From Octopus bimaculoides (lineage: Eukaryota): 64,000 nucleotides of DNA. Positions 38,842-52,760 of this stretch are shown here, piece by piece; position 1 is the stretch's first letter, and each line of letters begins with the position of its first letter. The notes beneath the pieces are model-generated. The model saw nothing but the letters and a program-made list of their open reading frames with translations. It had not been told where the DNA came from and made no database searches. Both the position numbers and the translations under genes were made by a program. The DNA lies in contig NC_068981.1 in the NCBI RefSeq assembly GCF_001194135.2, positions 62,370,973-62,434,972 of the forward strand, written 5' to 3'.

Positions 38842-41630
38842 TTACTGGGTGGGACCACCATTTCCGTGTACGATTATTTTTCGGATGAATCAATGGACGT
38901 ATTTACCAATGGCTACTGCGAAGCAGCTTCTGTGTACAGTAAAACCAACAATTTAATAGTTGTTGATCTCCATAGGCCACCCCGACACCTTAACTATGCT
39001 TCAAGGAATGCCGCAACAGTATTGAGTGTTTCATCCATCAGTGTCATGCTGACAATATATCAATGATAGGGACTTCAACTTTCCCACTGTTGATTGGTCC
39101 ATAAACAGCTTGAAACCAGGTATTTCCACATCAACACGTGACAAGGAAGCAATCGAACTGCTTTTTGATTTCCTAGATGAGTTTCTCCTGACCTAACTTG
39201 TTCTCGAACCAACAAGGTGTCACTACAACACCTTGGACCTAGTGTTCAGTAACCACACTCACACTATCCTCAATATTGCAGTGGAAGAAAACAACATCAC
39301 TCATACACCATGATATGGTTCTCTGTGATCTGAGATTCTGCCATCCAAAGAGCAATCCCAATGACTCTTTCCAGTCCATCCATTTGACATTATAGATCTT
39401 CATAACGCAGACTGGAATACAATCAATCATGATCTTTCACAAGTTGATTGGGCCTTAACACACGCACACATTTCCACCAACAAAAATACATTATGGCAGA
39501 CACTTGTATATATGTAACAAATCTATGCGTAAAACATACCCCATTAAGATCAGTAAACAAATCAAAGTGCAGAATCCCTAGAAATAGAAGAGCAATTATC
39601 AGAAAAATAAAAAGAATTAACAAGAAAATCAACCAACTTAAATACTGCCAGCAGCAACGCACCCATTCAACTGCCATTGCATCACTCGAATCGAAAAAAT
39701 ACCGCCTCCAAAGAGCATGATTACCATCATAAACAAAGAAAGAGCTGCGATGGAGAATTGGGCCATTGAGACAATAAAACTCAATCCTATTTGCAAAAAG
39801 ATATCAAGTCATTGTTTCCACTGTTGGTTCTCTAGTTGATGAGAGCAACACTTTACATGATGATGCACAATCCATGAGCAAGATATTGAAGAAACAATAT
39901 CGCTCTGTTTTCAGTAACGCTAATGCGGTTGATCTGGCTAGTATCAGTGATGTATAGCCGCAATTAACTATATCTGACATAACTTTTGGTGCTCCTGCTA
40001 TCCTAAAAGAAATAAATAAGATCAAGCACAACTCGACAGTAGGTCCCGATAAGTTCCCGGCCTCTGTCCTGAAGAAGTGTCCACATCAAATTGTACTCCC
40101 CTATATCTGAGCTCTGAAGGAACTCACTTCACGCAGGTTATATCTCTGGTAATTTTCTTTCCCAGTCTGTTCTAGTTTTCAGAAAGGGAAACAATTTCTC
40201 TTGCAGCGAACTACCGTACGATTTCACTCACCTCTCATATCATTAATGTATTTGAGAGGGTGTGAGATCGCGTATAACTCACTGCATCGAAGACAACCAT
40301 ATTCTACACCCAAACCAATATGGTTTCCTTTATGGCAGGGACCACCTGTCGCAGCTTCTGCGCCATTTTGATGACATTTTAAAATCTTTGGAAGAACATT
40401 CCAACACTGATGTCACATACCTTGATTTCACCAAGGCATTTGGCACAGAAGAGCAAAAGGTCCTGCTGAAGAAACTGTCCAGCACTGGAGTCCGTGGAAA
40501 GCTGCTGCAGTGGATAAAGCATTTCTTGACGAACAGAACCCAACATGATCTGTTTAAGGGAATCTGTTCAAACTCAGCTAAAGTCTGTAATGGTCACCCA
40601 CAAGGTACTGTGTTTCGCCCATTCCTCTTCATTATCTATATTAATGACATAGTAGACTTATCAAACATTCTACATTGAAAATCTTTGTAGATGATTCTAA
40701 ACTTCAGAAGCCCATAAAAGGTAAGGAAGATCGAAGATGCCTTCATGTTTCCTGTTGTCTGTTTCTTGTTGTCCAATGGGCGGAAATGAACAGTATGCTT
40801 CTCAAGGAAAATAAGTTTAATTTGATCCACTTTGGAAGAGAGGATACTCTAAAACTACCATATGCCCTTCCCTCGGGCAACTCCCTAGTGTCATCCAACA
40901 ACATCAGAGATATTGGAGTAATTCTTGATAACAATCTAAGCTGGAGCTTCCACGTAAAGAGCAAGGTTGACTTGGCACACTAGATGTGCTCCTAGATTCT
41001 GAGAACTTTCCGGTCTAGAGATGCCCAGACAATCATCCTTCTCTACTCTACTTTTGCCTGACCCTACCTTGAATACTGTTGCCCACAATGGCCTCTCCAT
41101 ACGAAACAACTCATTATCAAAGTGAAAGTACTCCAGAGGTCAATAAGAGGAGAGATAGACGGCATGAGAGGCATTGACATTTGGGGTCAACTAAAAAAAC
41201 TCAATCTCTACTCTCTCCAACGCCGCCGGTAACACTACATCATTTGTGTGATGTGGAAAATATTCCATCAATATTGCACAAATGATGTTGGCATCAATTT
41301 TAAAATACACACAAGACTTGGCCCCGATGTTGTCCGCCCACTACAAGATTGAACTCAGGACACATGACAACATTACGACACAACTACTTTACCTCAACCG
41401 ATCCAGCTCTCTTTAATACGTCAAAATAGAAACGGATCCCATAAAATTCAAAATTTCTGTGGAGAAATTTCTCCAAAAAATCCCGGACCAACCCCCTACA
41501 CCCGGATATGCCTCTAACAATAACAACTCCTTGCTAGAGTGGGCCATGCTGCCCCATATATGACTAAAAGACTTCACAAGGTGGTGCTATTAAGTTAGAC
41601 ATGACCTGGGCCTATACTGGCCGGAACCTA
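38842..41630 (+). mobile_element. CR1-type LINE ORF2 (APE + RT + C-terminus), decayed
   Basis: APE: FTNGYCEA..LIVVDLHRPP, IGDFNFP, NTLDLVFSN; RT: NYRTISLTSH, NQYGF, TYLDFTKAF, GHPQGTVFRPFLFIIYINDI, IFVDDSKL; C-terminus KIPDQPPTPGY. Confidence 0.9.
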
Positions 41631-41889
41631 TCAAAATTAATCAGTTACTTACATACATACTGCATACGTACACGCATACATTCATGCATGCATGCATACA
41701 TACATACATTCATATATGCATACATACTTACGTACGGACGTATATAAGTCTGATCTTCGGTTATTTCTATTTTAACTTACTTGTGTCGTTCATTGGACAG
41801 CAGCCATTCTGGATCAAGCCTCGAAGACTTCAGCTGAACAAATCGACAGCAGCTGTCAAGTTGTGCAGGAAGAAACACAAAGACGCATA

Positions 41890-41942
41890 CACTTACACAC
41901 ATACACACACACACATACACATACACACACATACACACACAC

Positions 41943-41985
<43 letters not shown>
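41890..41985 (+). repeat. (AC)n microsatellite
   Basis: Direct reading. Confidence 0.95.
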
Positions 41986-41986
<1 letters not shown>

Positions 41987-42539
41987 GACAAACTTCTACA
42001 CAGTCTTCGTCTACCAAATCCGCTGAAATGGCATGTTTTTTACCCCAGGCAAGAATCTCGCCAAAAAACAAAGAATGGGGATTGCGAAGCGAACTTTATA
42101 ATACGCCTACACAACCATGCGTGTGTGTGTGTGTGTGTATGTGTTTAGGCATATATGTGTGTATGTGGGTGGGTGTATAGTATGTGTGCGTGACTGTGTG
42201 TGTGCGTGTGTGTGTCTATGTGTGTCTGGTATGTGTATCTTTATAAGTACATGTGTGTGTGTGTATGTGTGTGTGTATAGGTGTATCGTTTATAAATAAC
42301 ACTAATGTAGTCTCGATTGTCACTAAATTAGTTTACAACTTTCAACCTACCAAATTACAGTCTTGATTCGTAAAGTGAATTTCAAGATTCTTTACTTGTA
42401 TAATGTAACAATGGAAGTATGGATAAATATCAAAAGTATGCTCTAAACCATTCAACTCTAAAATATATTACATTATGCATAGGTTTAAAAACAACACTTC
42501 AGAGGAAAATGTATTAAATTAAATTATGGTTCTTAAGTT

Positions 42540-42570
<31 letters not shown>

Positions 42571-42877
42571 AATTTAGAGAAAAGAACCAAAGTTCATGAA
42601 CTCATCCATGAAAATCCACTGTCACATATAGATGTGAAATTATATATTTATATATTATATACTGTGAAACTTTATTTAATATTAAGTTCTGATAAATTGA
42701 ATTAAATTGAGTTTTACCTGTAAATTTGGATTTTTATCCCTAATATTATTAGATTTATACACATATGTATATTTATATGTATATATATAATTATGTGTGT
42801 GCGTATGAGTGTGTGTATGTATACCACTAGCCTACTGGTCAATATATATATATTAATAATTAAAGGTACTAGGTACA

Positions 42878-43915
42878 CACAAATGCAAATGTTGGCCCTG
42901 GTAGATTTCCAGTAATCCTTCGCAAATGGAAAGAAGGAATAATATGCCCTATCCACAAAGGAGAAATCAGGGCAGGAGCTAAAAATTGTAGACCTATCTC
43001 TCTGACTTCACACATCAGCAAACTCATGGAACGAATAGTCCGCAAGAAACCAATCGCGTTCCTTGAAGAGAATAACTTAATGACTAACACCCGGCATGGT
43101 TTTCGGCCAGGTAGAAACTACTTGACATAGCTCTTACAATATTGTGATTGAATGTTAAAGCAACTGCTAAACAACTCAAGTGTAGATGTGATGTATCTCG
43201 AATTTGCAAAAGCTTTTGATAAAGTCGACCATGGTATATGTCACAAACTTCCTGAACTCGGCAGTGTCGGAAAGCTTGGAGAGTGGCTACGCGACTTTCT
43301 AAAAGATTGACGTCAGGCAGTCGTCGCCAATGGAGTCACCTCCAAGGAAACACAAATAGTAAGTGGTGTTCCACAGGGCACTCTCCTAGGGCCACTGCTA
43401 TTTATAGTGGCCCTCACAGACTGCTATTTGTAGTGACCTTAAGCTGCTCAGATACCCAGTCTCTCTAGCTATGCAGATGACACAAAAATGTCTCTGACAA
43501 TTCAGATCCCTGGAAATATTGCGCATCTGCAACTGGGGTTAGACGCAATATACAGGTGGGCTGAGGACAATAACATACACTTTAATGGAGGAAAACTCCA
43601 ATACCTGCGCTACTAGCATACAAAGCTGAACGATATGCACACAGGATACATTGCCCTGAGCGAAACTGCAACCCCTGAATCAAAATCTTGGCATCGACAT
43701 GTGTAATGATACATCTTTCCAAGTGAATATTACTAATTTAGTAATAAAATGCAGACGGCGAGCTGGATGGATCCTCCGAACTTTCAAAACAAGTGAAAAG
43801 GAAACTATGATGGTCCTTTGGAGAACGTATTTCCGCAGCCGCTTGGACTACTGCTCCCAACTATGGTCACCATACACTATAAAATTAACGGCAGAACTCG
43901 AAATAATCAAACGTA
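42878..43915 (+). mobile_element. CR1-type LINE RT fragment (second subfamily), decayed
   Basis: WKEGIICPIHKG..NCRPISLTSHISKLMERIV, MYLEFAKAFDKVDH, SGVPQGTLLGPLLF, YADDTK, RSRLDYCSQLWSPY. Confidence 0.9.
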
Positions 43916-45129
43916 GCCGGTCACATTTAATAACGCGAGTTTAAACATCCTATTACGTGACACACTGCATTACTGCCAAATATACAACATAAAGAAAGAT
44001 TTAGTTTCTTATATACACCTTATATACTGTGTTGAAATGAGTACATTAAGTTTATCATTGAAGACTATAATAGGGTAAATATTAAGAGTGTAAGAAAGCG
44101 GGAGAGCGAGGAACTTGACGTTGTGACGAAAGGAATGCTAACAGTCCTTGCTCCACGCAGTGCGTTTCGATTGACCAATAGACACTAACACACATCCACA
44201 TAAATACAAACACACACATGCGCACACACACAGAGACATGATGCAGGAGAAAGAAGAAAATATAAGTTCCATTTATTTCATTTTTTGCTTATTTTTGAGA
44301 ACGGTCATAAAATACTCACATAAGATATGTCATTTTCAAATTTTTAGTTGCATAGGATTCACGCAATACCAAATTTTTATCCATTTTATTCTTTTATACG
44401 TTTCAGCCCTAAGGTTGTGGCCATGCTTTTTTTTCTGATGATTAAAGGTGTTTTTATAACTCCTGTTATAGAACCAATTGATATACCAGCTGCTGTCTGA
44501 ATATTGTATTCTATTTGGTGATATCAATTTGCCCATTTTATTACCAAATATATTAGTGCCTGCTATCTTCTAACACACGGATTTTCGAAACCTTAGCATT
44601 TCCATGTGTTGTGGAGCAAATTGCATTAGACCGATTATGAACTATAGCTGTTAACCCTCGTAGTGTGACCTTAAGTCAATACGAAAGGAAATATGAAACA
44701 CTGACACGAAAGGTGGAGCTAATAATACGCATCTGGGTCTCAAATTTTCTCAGCAGCAGGTGCAGGAAATATTGAATTAATTCAATATCCTTCTCTATTA
44801 CTACACTCTCTCTTCTTCAGTAGGTTAATTTTCTGGAAATCCGATGACACCCAAATTTCTCCAAGCAGACGACGGTTCACAGACGTTCAAACTGAACGCC
44901 ACATCAACAGCATTCATGTGACCAAGTCTGCAAAATCTAACGAATATCACGAGCACCTGTCTTTAATCTTCACTAAACTATAGAAGACCAGAGAAGAAAT
45001 ATTGGAATCTAATTGTAATCAATAATCTTTCGACCTGTAAAAGAATTGTAATGTAATATTTATTTTCTGTGAATTAACGTAGTTCGCTAATTATGTCTCA
45101 TCGCAAGTAGACACACACACACATACTCA

Positions 45130-45132
<3 letters not shown>

Positions 45133-45212
<80 letters not shown>

Positions 45213-45300
45213 CTCTCTCTCCTCTTTCTCTCTCTCTCCTCTTTCTCTCTCTCCTTTTCTTTATCTTTCTCTCTTTCTTTCTCTCTCCCTGTCTCTTCCT
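45133..45300 (+). repeat. (TC)n microsatellite, degenerate at 3' end
   Basis: Direct reading. Confidence 0.95.
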
Positions 45301-47149
45301 CTTCATTCATCCATACTCAGACGTTTTGGCTAAATGCAAATTACTAAGAATTAGTAAATTAGGAATGAACGAGTAAGGCTTTAATATAAATTATATTAGA
45401 CATTTATAATTATCAATTTATAGCAGTGGATATGATGCTTTTAATGCTTCGATTAGTACGTCATAATTCCATAATTATAATGTCTGAATGTTGTACTTAC
45501 AATGTCTAAAATAACAATAGCTTAATTATCCATTACATTAGAAACCTATAGAGAATTCCTATTATTACTATGCATTTATTATTAGCAATCTCACCTCAGT
45601 GACCGATGTGCTTTTCGATTAAGCATAGTCACCTACCTGGCAATAATAGCAATCAATTATCAAATGAATTTCGTTTCAGAGTGCTTTTGAGATTTCTTTT
45701 GTAAGTTTTCTTTGTTTTATATTGCAATAAGAAGGAACATTGAAAAAATAAGTTCCTCACTAGATAAAACTGAATAGGTTTACTTTAAAGTGCGAACATT
45801 TATTAAAGTGAGCAAGATGTACAGCAGGTTCTCGAAATGCTTCTACTTCTGACATAATCCCAAGCACCATGTATATATAGCCTGGTCTTAGTAAATACTG
45901 CAGTATCGCTGCAACCAAATCCAAATGTAAAAAGGTTTGAATGGAGGTAAGCCACCCGTAAATGCATTAATATATAAAAATATAAAATTTCAGTGTATTT
46001 GCTTACCGCCAGCAAATTTACGTTTTGCGGCTAAACAAGTAATAAAGAGGGCAGCCAACACGGTTAGTTGTTTCAACATCGTTTCTAGCTGGAAAAAAAA
46101 ACAAACAAGAATGTCATATTTCATCAAAAGTGCAATATATAATTGGAAAATTTTGGAGAAGTAGAATAATTAAGATAACGCGGAAGACGATGTGACAGAT
46201 GGGCAAAGGAGAGACGGCAAAGGAAAATTGAAGTGAAAAGTTTGTTACTGCATTTGCGAATATTTTATTATATTTTATATATGGGGATGTCCTAAGAAAA
46301 ATGAAAAGGAACATGCACTATAATTAAACAAAAGCCATGAATTGCAGAAGAGAATTTTGAATACGAGACCACAGAAACTATTGCAAATTAGGCATATAAA
46401 ATTTCAGTCACAATTAAAAATATCGCATTTTACTTCATCAAATATATATATATGTGTGTGTGTGTTCGTGTGTTTATATGTATATGTATATATATGTGTG
46501 TGTATATATATATATNNNNNNNNNNNNNNNNNNNNNNNNNNNNNNNNNNNNNNNNNNNNNNNNNNNNNNNNNNNNNNNNNNNNNNNNNNNNNNNNNNNNN
46601 NNNNNNNNNNNNNNNNNNNNNNNNNNNNNNNNNNNNNNNNNNNNNNNNNNNNNNNNNNNNNNNNNNNNNNNNNNNNNNNNNNNNNNNNNNNNNNNNNNNN
46701 NNNNNNNNNNNNNNNNNNNNNNNNNNNNNNNNNNNNNNNNNNNNNNNNNNNNNNNNNNNNNNNNNNNNNNNNNNNNNNNNNNNNNNNNNNNNNNNNNNNN
46801 NNNNNNNNNNNNNNNNNNNNNNNNNNNNNNNNNNNNNNNNNNNNNNNNNNNNNNNNNNNNNNNNNNNNNNNNNNNNNNNNNNNNNNNNNNNNNNNNNNNN
46901 NNNNNNNNNNNNNNNATACTTCTAATATGAGAATAAATTTTATTTTTTAAACTTATCAGTGGCCAGCATATTAAAATATCTTTTAAGGTGGAAATTATAA
47001 ACAATTATGAATAAGTGCAACAGAAAGATTTTTTTGCCAATATGCTGAAAAAATAGAGTTTAGATTTTCTAACCACATACATTATTTTTCTCTATAAATG
47101 CACAGCGTTTTGAAACGAGGAAAGCAAGCTAACAATTTTTTTTTTAATT

Positions 47150-47220
47150 GCGTTATCCCTGAATCGGACCATTTTCTGGATTAATCCAAAGGGATTTTTT
47201 CTTTCGTCAGCGAAGAACAC
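47150..47220 (-). ncRNA. Type I hammerhead motif, array copy 1
   Basis: Minus: GTGTTCTTCG-CTGACGA(47204-47210)...CCA-GAAA-ATGGTCCGA-TT-CAGGGATAACGC. Confidence 0.55.
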
Positions 47221-47414
47221 GATAAGAATAGATGAAATACATATTTTCACGGAAAAAGCAGATGCAAAGTTACGCGTACACTTAAGTACCCCAAATTTAT
47301 CCAGACAGAAATTCTGTAGCAAGCCTCAACACACGTATAGTCGGTCATGCAACATACGTGAAGTGATTACCAGTCCCGAAGTGGGTATATGTAAGTATTC
47401 CATTTATTCTTATC

Positions 47415-47482
47415 GTGTTCCTCGCTGATGAAGGGAAAATCCTTTTGGATTAATCTAGAAATCGATCAGATTCGGGGATAAC
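47415..47482 (+). ncRNA. Type I hammerhead motif, array copy 2
   Basis: CCTCG-CTGATGA-A-GGG-(AATCC-TTTT-GGATT)-..A-GAAA-TCGATCAG-ATT-CGGGG; stem I CCUCG/CGGGG; predicted cut after 47472. Confidence 0.65.
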
Positions 47483-47901
47483 GGAATTTTAAAAATTTCA
47501 ATAAGCGTGCTTTCTTCATTTTAACACGCAGTGTATTTATAGTGAAAGATATTGTATGTGGTTAGATGATCGAAAGCCTATTTTTTCAGCATATTGGCAA
47601 AGAAATTTTATTTCTTTTGTCCTTATTTATAATTCTTTATAATTTTCGCCTTAAAAGGTATTTTAATATGCTGGCCGCTGTTAAAATTTTATTTGAAATT
47701 TTTATCCTTATATTAGAAGGAAATTCATAACCATTCACATCGCGACGGGTAACCACTTTACGTGTTTCCTGATCCACTTACACGTGCGCTGAGGCTTGCA
47801 ACAGAATTTCTATTTGGATACATTTGGGGTACTTAAGTGTACGCATAACCTTGCATCTGCTTTCTCCGTAGGTATATGTAAGTATTCCATATATTCTTAT
47901 T

Positions 47902-47970
47902 GTGTTCCTCGCTGATGAAGGAAAAATCCTTTTAGATTAACTCAGAAATCGGTCCGATTTAGGGATAACG
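47902..47970 (+). ncRNA. Type I hammerhead motif, array copy 3
   Basis: CTGATGA 47912-47918; GAAA-TCGG-T-CCG-ATT with palindromic ATCGG/CCGAT stem III; predicted cut after 47959. Confidence 0.65.
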
Positions 47971-48130
47971 CTTCAAAACAATGTGTATTTATAATGAAAA
48001 GTATTTTTATGTGGTTAGACGAACTAAAGTCTATTTTTTTCAGTATATTGGCAAAGAAATTTTTCATTTGTTCTTAAGTATAATTGTGTATATGTGTGTG
48101 TGTGCGTGTGTGTGTGTGTGTGTGTGTATA

Positions 48131-48175
<45 letters not shown>

Positions 48176-48885
48176 ATATGTGTATNNNNNNNNNNNNNNN
48201 NNNNNNNNNNNNNNNNNNNNNNNNNNNNNNNNNNNNNNNNNNNNNNNNNNNNNNNNNNNNNNNNNNNNNNNNNNNNNNNNNNNNNNNNNNNNNNNNNNNN
48301 NNNNNNNNNNNNNNNNNNNNNNNNNNNNNNNNNNNNNNNNNNNNNNNNNNNNNNNNNNNNNNNNNNNNNNNNNNNNNNNNNNNNNNNNNNNNNNNNNNNN
48401 NNNNNNNNNNNNNNNNNNNNNNNNNNNNNNNNNNNNNNNNNNNNNNNNNNNNNNNNNNNNNNNNNNNNNNNNNNNNNNNNNNNNNNNNNNNNNNNNNNNN
48501 NNNNNNNNNNNNNNNNNNNNNNNNNNNNNNNNNNNNNNNNNNNNNNNNNNNNNNNNNNNNNNNNNNNNNNNNNNNNNNNNNNNNNNNNNNNNNNNNNNNN
48601 NNNNNNNNNNNNNNNNNNNNNNNNNNNNNNNNNNNNNNNNNNNNNNNNNNNNNNNNNNNNNNNNNNNNNNNNNNNNNNNNNNNNNNNNNNNNNNNNNNNN
48701 NNNNNNNNNNNNNNNNNNNNNNNNNNNNNNNNNNNNNNNNNNNNNNNNNNNNNNNNNNNNNNNNNNNNNNNNNNNNNNNNNNNNNNNNNNNNNNNNNNNN
48801 NNNNNNNNNNNNNNNNNNNNNNNNNNNNNNNNNNNNNNNNNNNNNNNNNNNNNNNNNNNNNNNNNNNNNNNNNNNNNNNNNNNNG

Positions 48886-48917
<32 letters not shown>

Positions 48918-49598
48918 TGTGTAGCAAGAGCGGGGAAATGATATTCTTTGAATAAAATGCCTAGGCTGGATTCTTCAGATGATGCGTTTATTGGCAAACT
49001 TTCTTTAATTCCCATCCGATGTAATAGTTTGTTTCTTGGCTACATTTTCACTGTTCTGTCTTGTTTTTACTGTGTTTTACTGTCTTGTTCTCACTCTCCT
49101 GTTCTTGTTAACACTTTCACCCTTCGCAAAAAATTCCAAATTTAATTAATTTGTATTTTGTGGGAAGGACTGTTCCAGCGAAGTCGCGTATTGTCGTTGC
49201 TCTCGATAGGCGGAGTAGATGGAACAGGGACAACTTAAGAAGGGTAATATTCTTTACGTTGGTTGTCTTGTTTCTCTGTTTTTTTTTCGTTGTTCGAAAA
49301 GAAGTTCGTTTTCTGTCTTCGTCTTTATGTTTTCGTTTCTCATTGTGCTTGAAGTTTTTTGCGATGTCCTGTACCCATATATGCATGTATGTATACATAT
49401 ACATGTAGGTATGTAAATATATGTATCGATATATGTATATATTTATATATTATTTATTTATATATATATATATATANNNNNNNNNNNNNNNNNNNNNNNN
49501 NNNNNNATAAATTCTGTGAAGCTTAATTTAATTTTAATTTTTAATAAATTGATTTTAATTGAGTTTTTACCTGTAATTTTGGATTTTATCCCTAATAT

Positions 49599-49643
<45 letters not shown>

Positions 49644-49699
49644 CATATTTATACGTATATATACATTCTTATATATGTATAAATATATATTTATATCTT

Positions 49700-49920
49700 T
49701 GTGTCCTTGTGTCTGTGTTTATCTCTCGCCATCGTTTTACAACCGATGTTGGTGTGTTTATGTCCCCTTAACCTAGTGCTTTGGTAAAAGAGACCGATAG
49801 AACATGTAATAGGCTTAAAAAGAATAATTCCTGGGGTTGATTTCTTCGACTAAAACCCTTTAAGTTGGTGCTCCAGCATGGCCGCAGCCAGATGGCTGAA
49901 ACAAATAAAACAATAAAGAA
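49700..49920 (+). mobile_element. SINE family A, 3' half
   Basis: CAACCGATGTTGGTGTGTTTA...GAGACCGATAG...GGTGCTCCAGCATGGCCGCAGCCAGATGGCTGAAAC. Confidence 0.85.
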
Positions 49921-50529
49921 TTTAAAAAAACATATTTTCGCACATATGTGCATGTGTGGGTGAATGTGTATGTATATGGGTGCGACAGGGAGAGAGAGAC
50001 TATAGATATGTGCTTAAACTTCTGTGTATTGACAGGTTTATGATTAAAACCAAAATTCTATAACTCCTGCCAAATATATCATTTATTTATTTTAGTGCGT
50101 TAATGTCTGCAAAATTATTTTAATCCTGTCCACACAAAAGCCGTAACAAGTAAAATGAAGAATAAAACATTTGTCAGGTCAATAAATATTTGTAGTCAGG
50201 ATTACATTTTACATATATGTCGAAGTATTTATTTTATATGTGTACTCAAGTGTGTAAAGCAGTAAAATTGGATTAGTGTATTTTTTATGCATATTTGTTT
50301 GCGTATTCGTAGATTTTTGTGTGTCATATATAGGTGTGTAAATATATATCTGTGCATGTACATGTGTATATGAATGGAAGTCTGCACACATTGGTTTTTT
50401 TTTCTTCTTACATACATACACACGTGTGTATGTGTGTGTGTTTGTGAGCGTGTGTGTATGTATGTATGTGCGAGTGTATGTACATATGTGTAGCTCTTTT
50501 TCTATACACATGCGAAGGTATGAGGATAC

Positions 50530-50780
50530 TCTTGATTATGTAATGAAGGTAATATTTTCTGTCATTGTTGATATTATAATGCCATGTATCTGACACATTG
50601 TCCATTCCTCGGTTGGAAGAATCCTTCTACTTTTAAGTAACAACACACTCAATATCATTTTTAAACTCTTCCGAATTAATAAACTTTCTCCTTCTTAATA
50701 ATCTTCCAATCATCTTAAAAGATGATAATCACGGGGGAAAAGTCAGGAGGAACAAGAAGGTGGAATTCCCTCTCACCTTG
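50530..50780 (-). mobile_element. Old mariner C-terminal fragment
   Basis: Minus: LVPPDF..., RKFINSEEFKNDIE...RGMDNVSDTWHYNINNDRKY resembles a mariner transposase C-terminus. Confidence 0.45.
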
Positions 50781-51628
50781 CATCTAAACGAGTACATAGT
50801 CTGTGTGTACCTACCCTTGAAATCACTGGTTGTCACACCCGTGTAGTGCCTAGGCATGCCATCGGGTGGTGAGAGGGTGGTTCGTAGACTACAGCCTTCG
50901 TGAGGCAGGATCCACCTAGAGGACAGCTGGTAAGGTTTCGAAAGTTAGAGGTTAGGATGGAAGTTGTGCAGTTGCATATTTACATCTGTTCCAGCAAACA
51001 ATGTCAGAAGTGATGTTATCTTAGCAAGAGTAGCTAACCTCGACGCTATGTGAGCTGAAAACCTTATAGTACCCCTGGCCCCGAGGAAAATGCTTCCTAG
51101 GAAGCTCCTACCTAAGTTGCTGGAAAGGAAATTTCTAGATTATATGGAGCTTGTCTTGGGCTGGGAGTCCTCAATATGTGCTATCTTATCGAAAGATCCA
51201 CTGTTTGAGGCTCGATTGTTTCAATGTTTATTTGCTTCCATTGTGGGCTGCATATTTTAGTGAACTACATCTAGCGACATTATGATGGTTTAAGCTTCCA
51301 GAAACAGTTGTTGGACTTAAAATACCTTACCTCTTCCCCTTTTATTTCCTCTGCCGTTTGTATAAGATGTAGTTTTGACCTATTAATACAAATATTTATA
51401 TATCTATACTGAAATATCTATTGTCTAAAAATGTTCAGTCTTTGCCTTCTTTCTGTTTGCATAAATACATAAATACATAAATATATTTTGGCATATCAAA
51501 CCCAATTTGTTATATTTAATTTGTTTATCCACATAATTACCTCCGTACACACACACATACATACATGCATACACACACACATACACACGCACGCACGCAC
51601 GCACACACACACATACACACACACGCAC

Positions 51629-51680
<52 letters not shown>

Positions 51681-51722
51681 NNNNNNNNNNNNNNNNNNNN
51701 NNNNNNNNNNNNNNNNNNNNNN

Positions 51723-51764
<42 letters not shown>

Positions 51765-52712
51765 TCAATAGGTATGGTTCTTCATCCGCACATACTCGGA
51801 ACTGCTTCATATAGATCTGCACGTAATCAATTTTATATATTTCAATGCTCTCTATAGTAAACATACACTCCATTTGAATGTCTCTGAGAAAGTTATAACA
51901 TGTCATACGAGCACTCGTGTCTGAGTGTAGGCCTCTTATGCCAGAAAGATTTTCACCTAACAGAGGTGTTTATTTAAAACCTGTTCCTTTGTCAATCTTT
52001 AACTAATATTCTATCTTATACGCAGGTGATGTGTTACTTTAAATCATAAGTATATTGAGTTCTAACAACTGAGTATACCTATTTCTATGACTAAGCAAAA
52101 TCATTAAACGCACATAAAGATTGATAGATGGAAAAATAGAAAGATATATATACATACACACGCGCTCACACACATACACACACAATTTCTGATAGACGTC
52201 ATTTCAATCTGAGACTGCACAGAAATAGCATAGCTTATGATATTTGAGATTTAAGAAAAAAATGTGAAATAATATTATTCTTGAATAATTTGAATACATA
52301 GAAGAAAAAAACTATTAATCACATTATCGAAGGAGGCATATTTATTTTAAATAAAAGTTTCGCAGCTTACCGTGATATTTTTTTGTCACTGAACAATAAA
52401 AATTTATTCTGGTAGCAGAGAAAGTGATCATATAAAATGTTTAGTGGGTCTTAGTTAAAAGTATAAAATGAATAATCAAACGGCATATTACGACATTTAT
52501 ATTACTTGATAGGCCTTCGCAATTGACAGGTCTTTGCAATTTCACAAACATTAATCATGATGTAGACTATAGAAACTGACTTTAATTCAAATCACATCTT
52601 AAACAGGAAAATACCTTTTCAAAGTACTTTTTATTAATATACCCCATAAAATTTTCTAATGAAAGCCTAATTTATAAAATCTAAGACTAAAAAAAATGTT
52701 ATGCGGAGACAT

Positions 52713-52760
<48 letters not shown>

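Larger units (their letters stand above)
46916..48085. mobile_element. ORF-less HHR-bearing repeat array: one inverted unit (46916-47383, minus) + ~1.4 direct 487-bp units (47384-48085, plus)
   Basis: Three homologous copies aligned by eye; period 487 bp (CTGATGA at 47425 and 47912); the minus copy is a circular permutation of the unit; both ends close to N gaps. Confidence 0.85.

Noticed and set aside
44651-44828. TTAA-bounded segment with a 20-bp palindrome (44769-44788) as a piggyBac MITE or hammerhead
   Set aside because: The putative TIRs barely match, and the minus-strand CTGAAGA has no downstream GAAA.
48925-48990. Minus-strand CTGAAGA near a GCCTAGGC palindrome as a hammerhead
   Set aside because: No properly placed GAAA or stem III.
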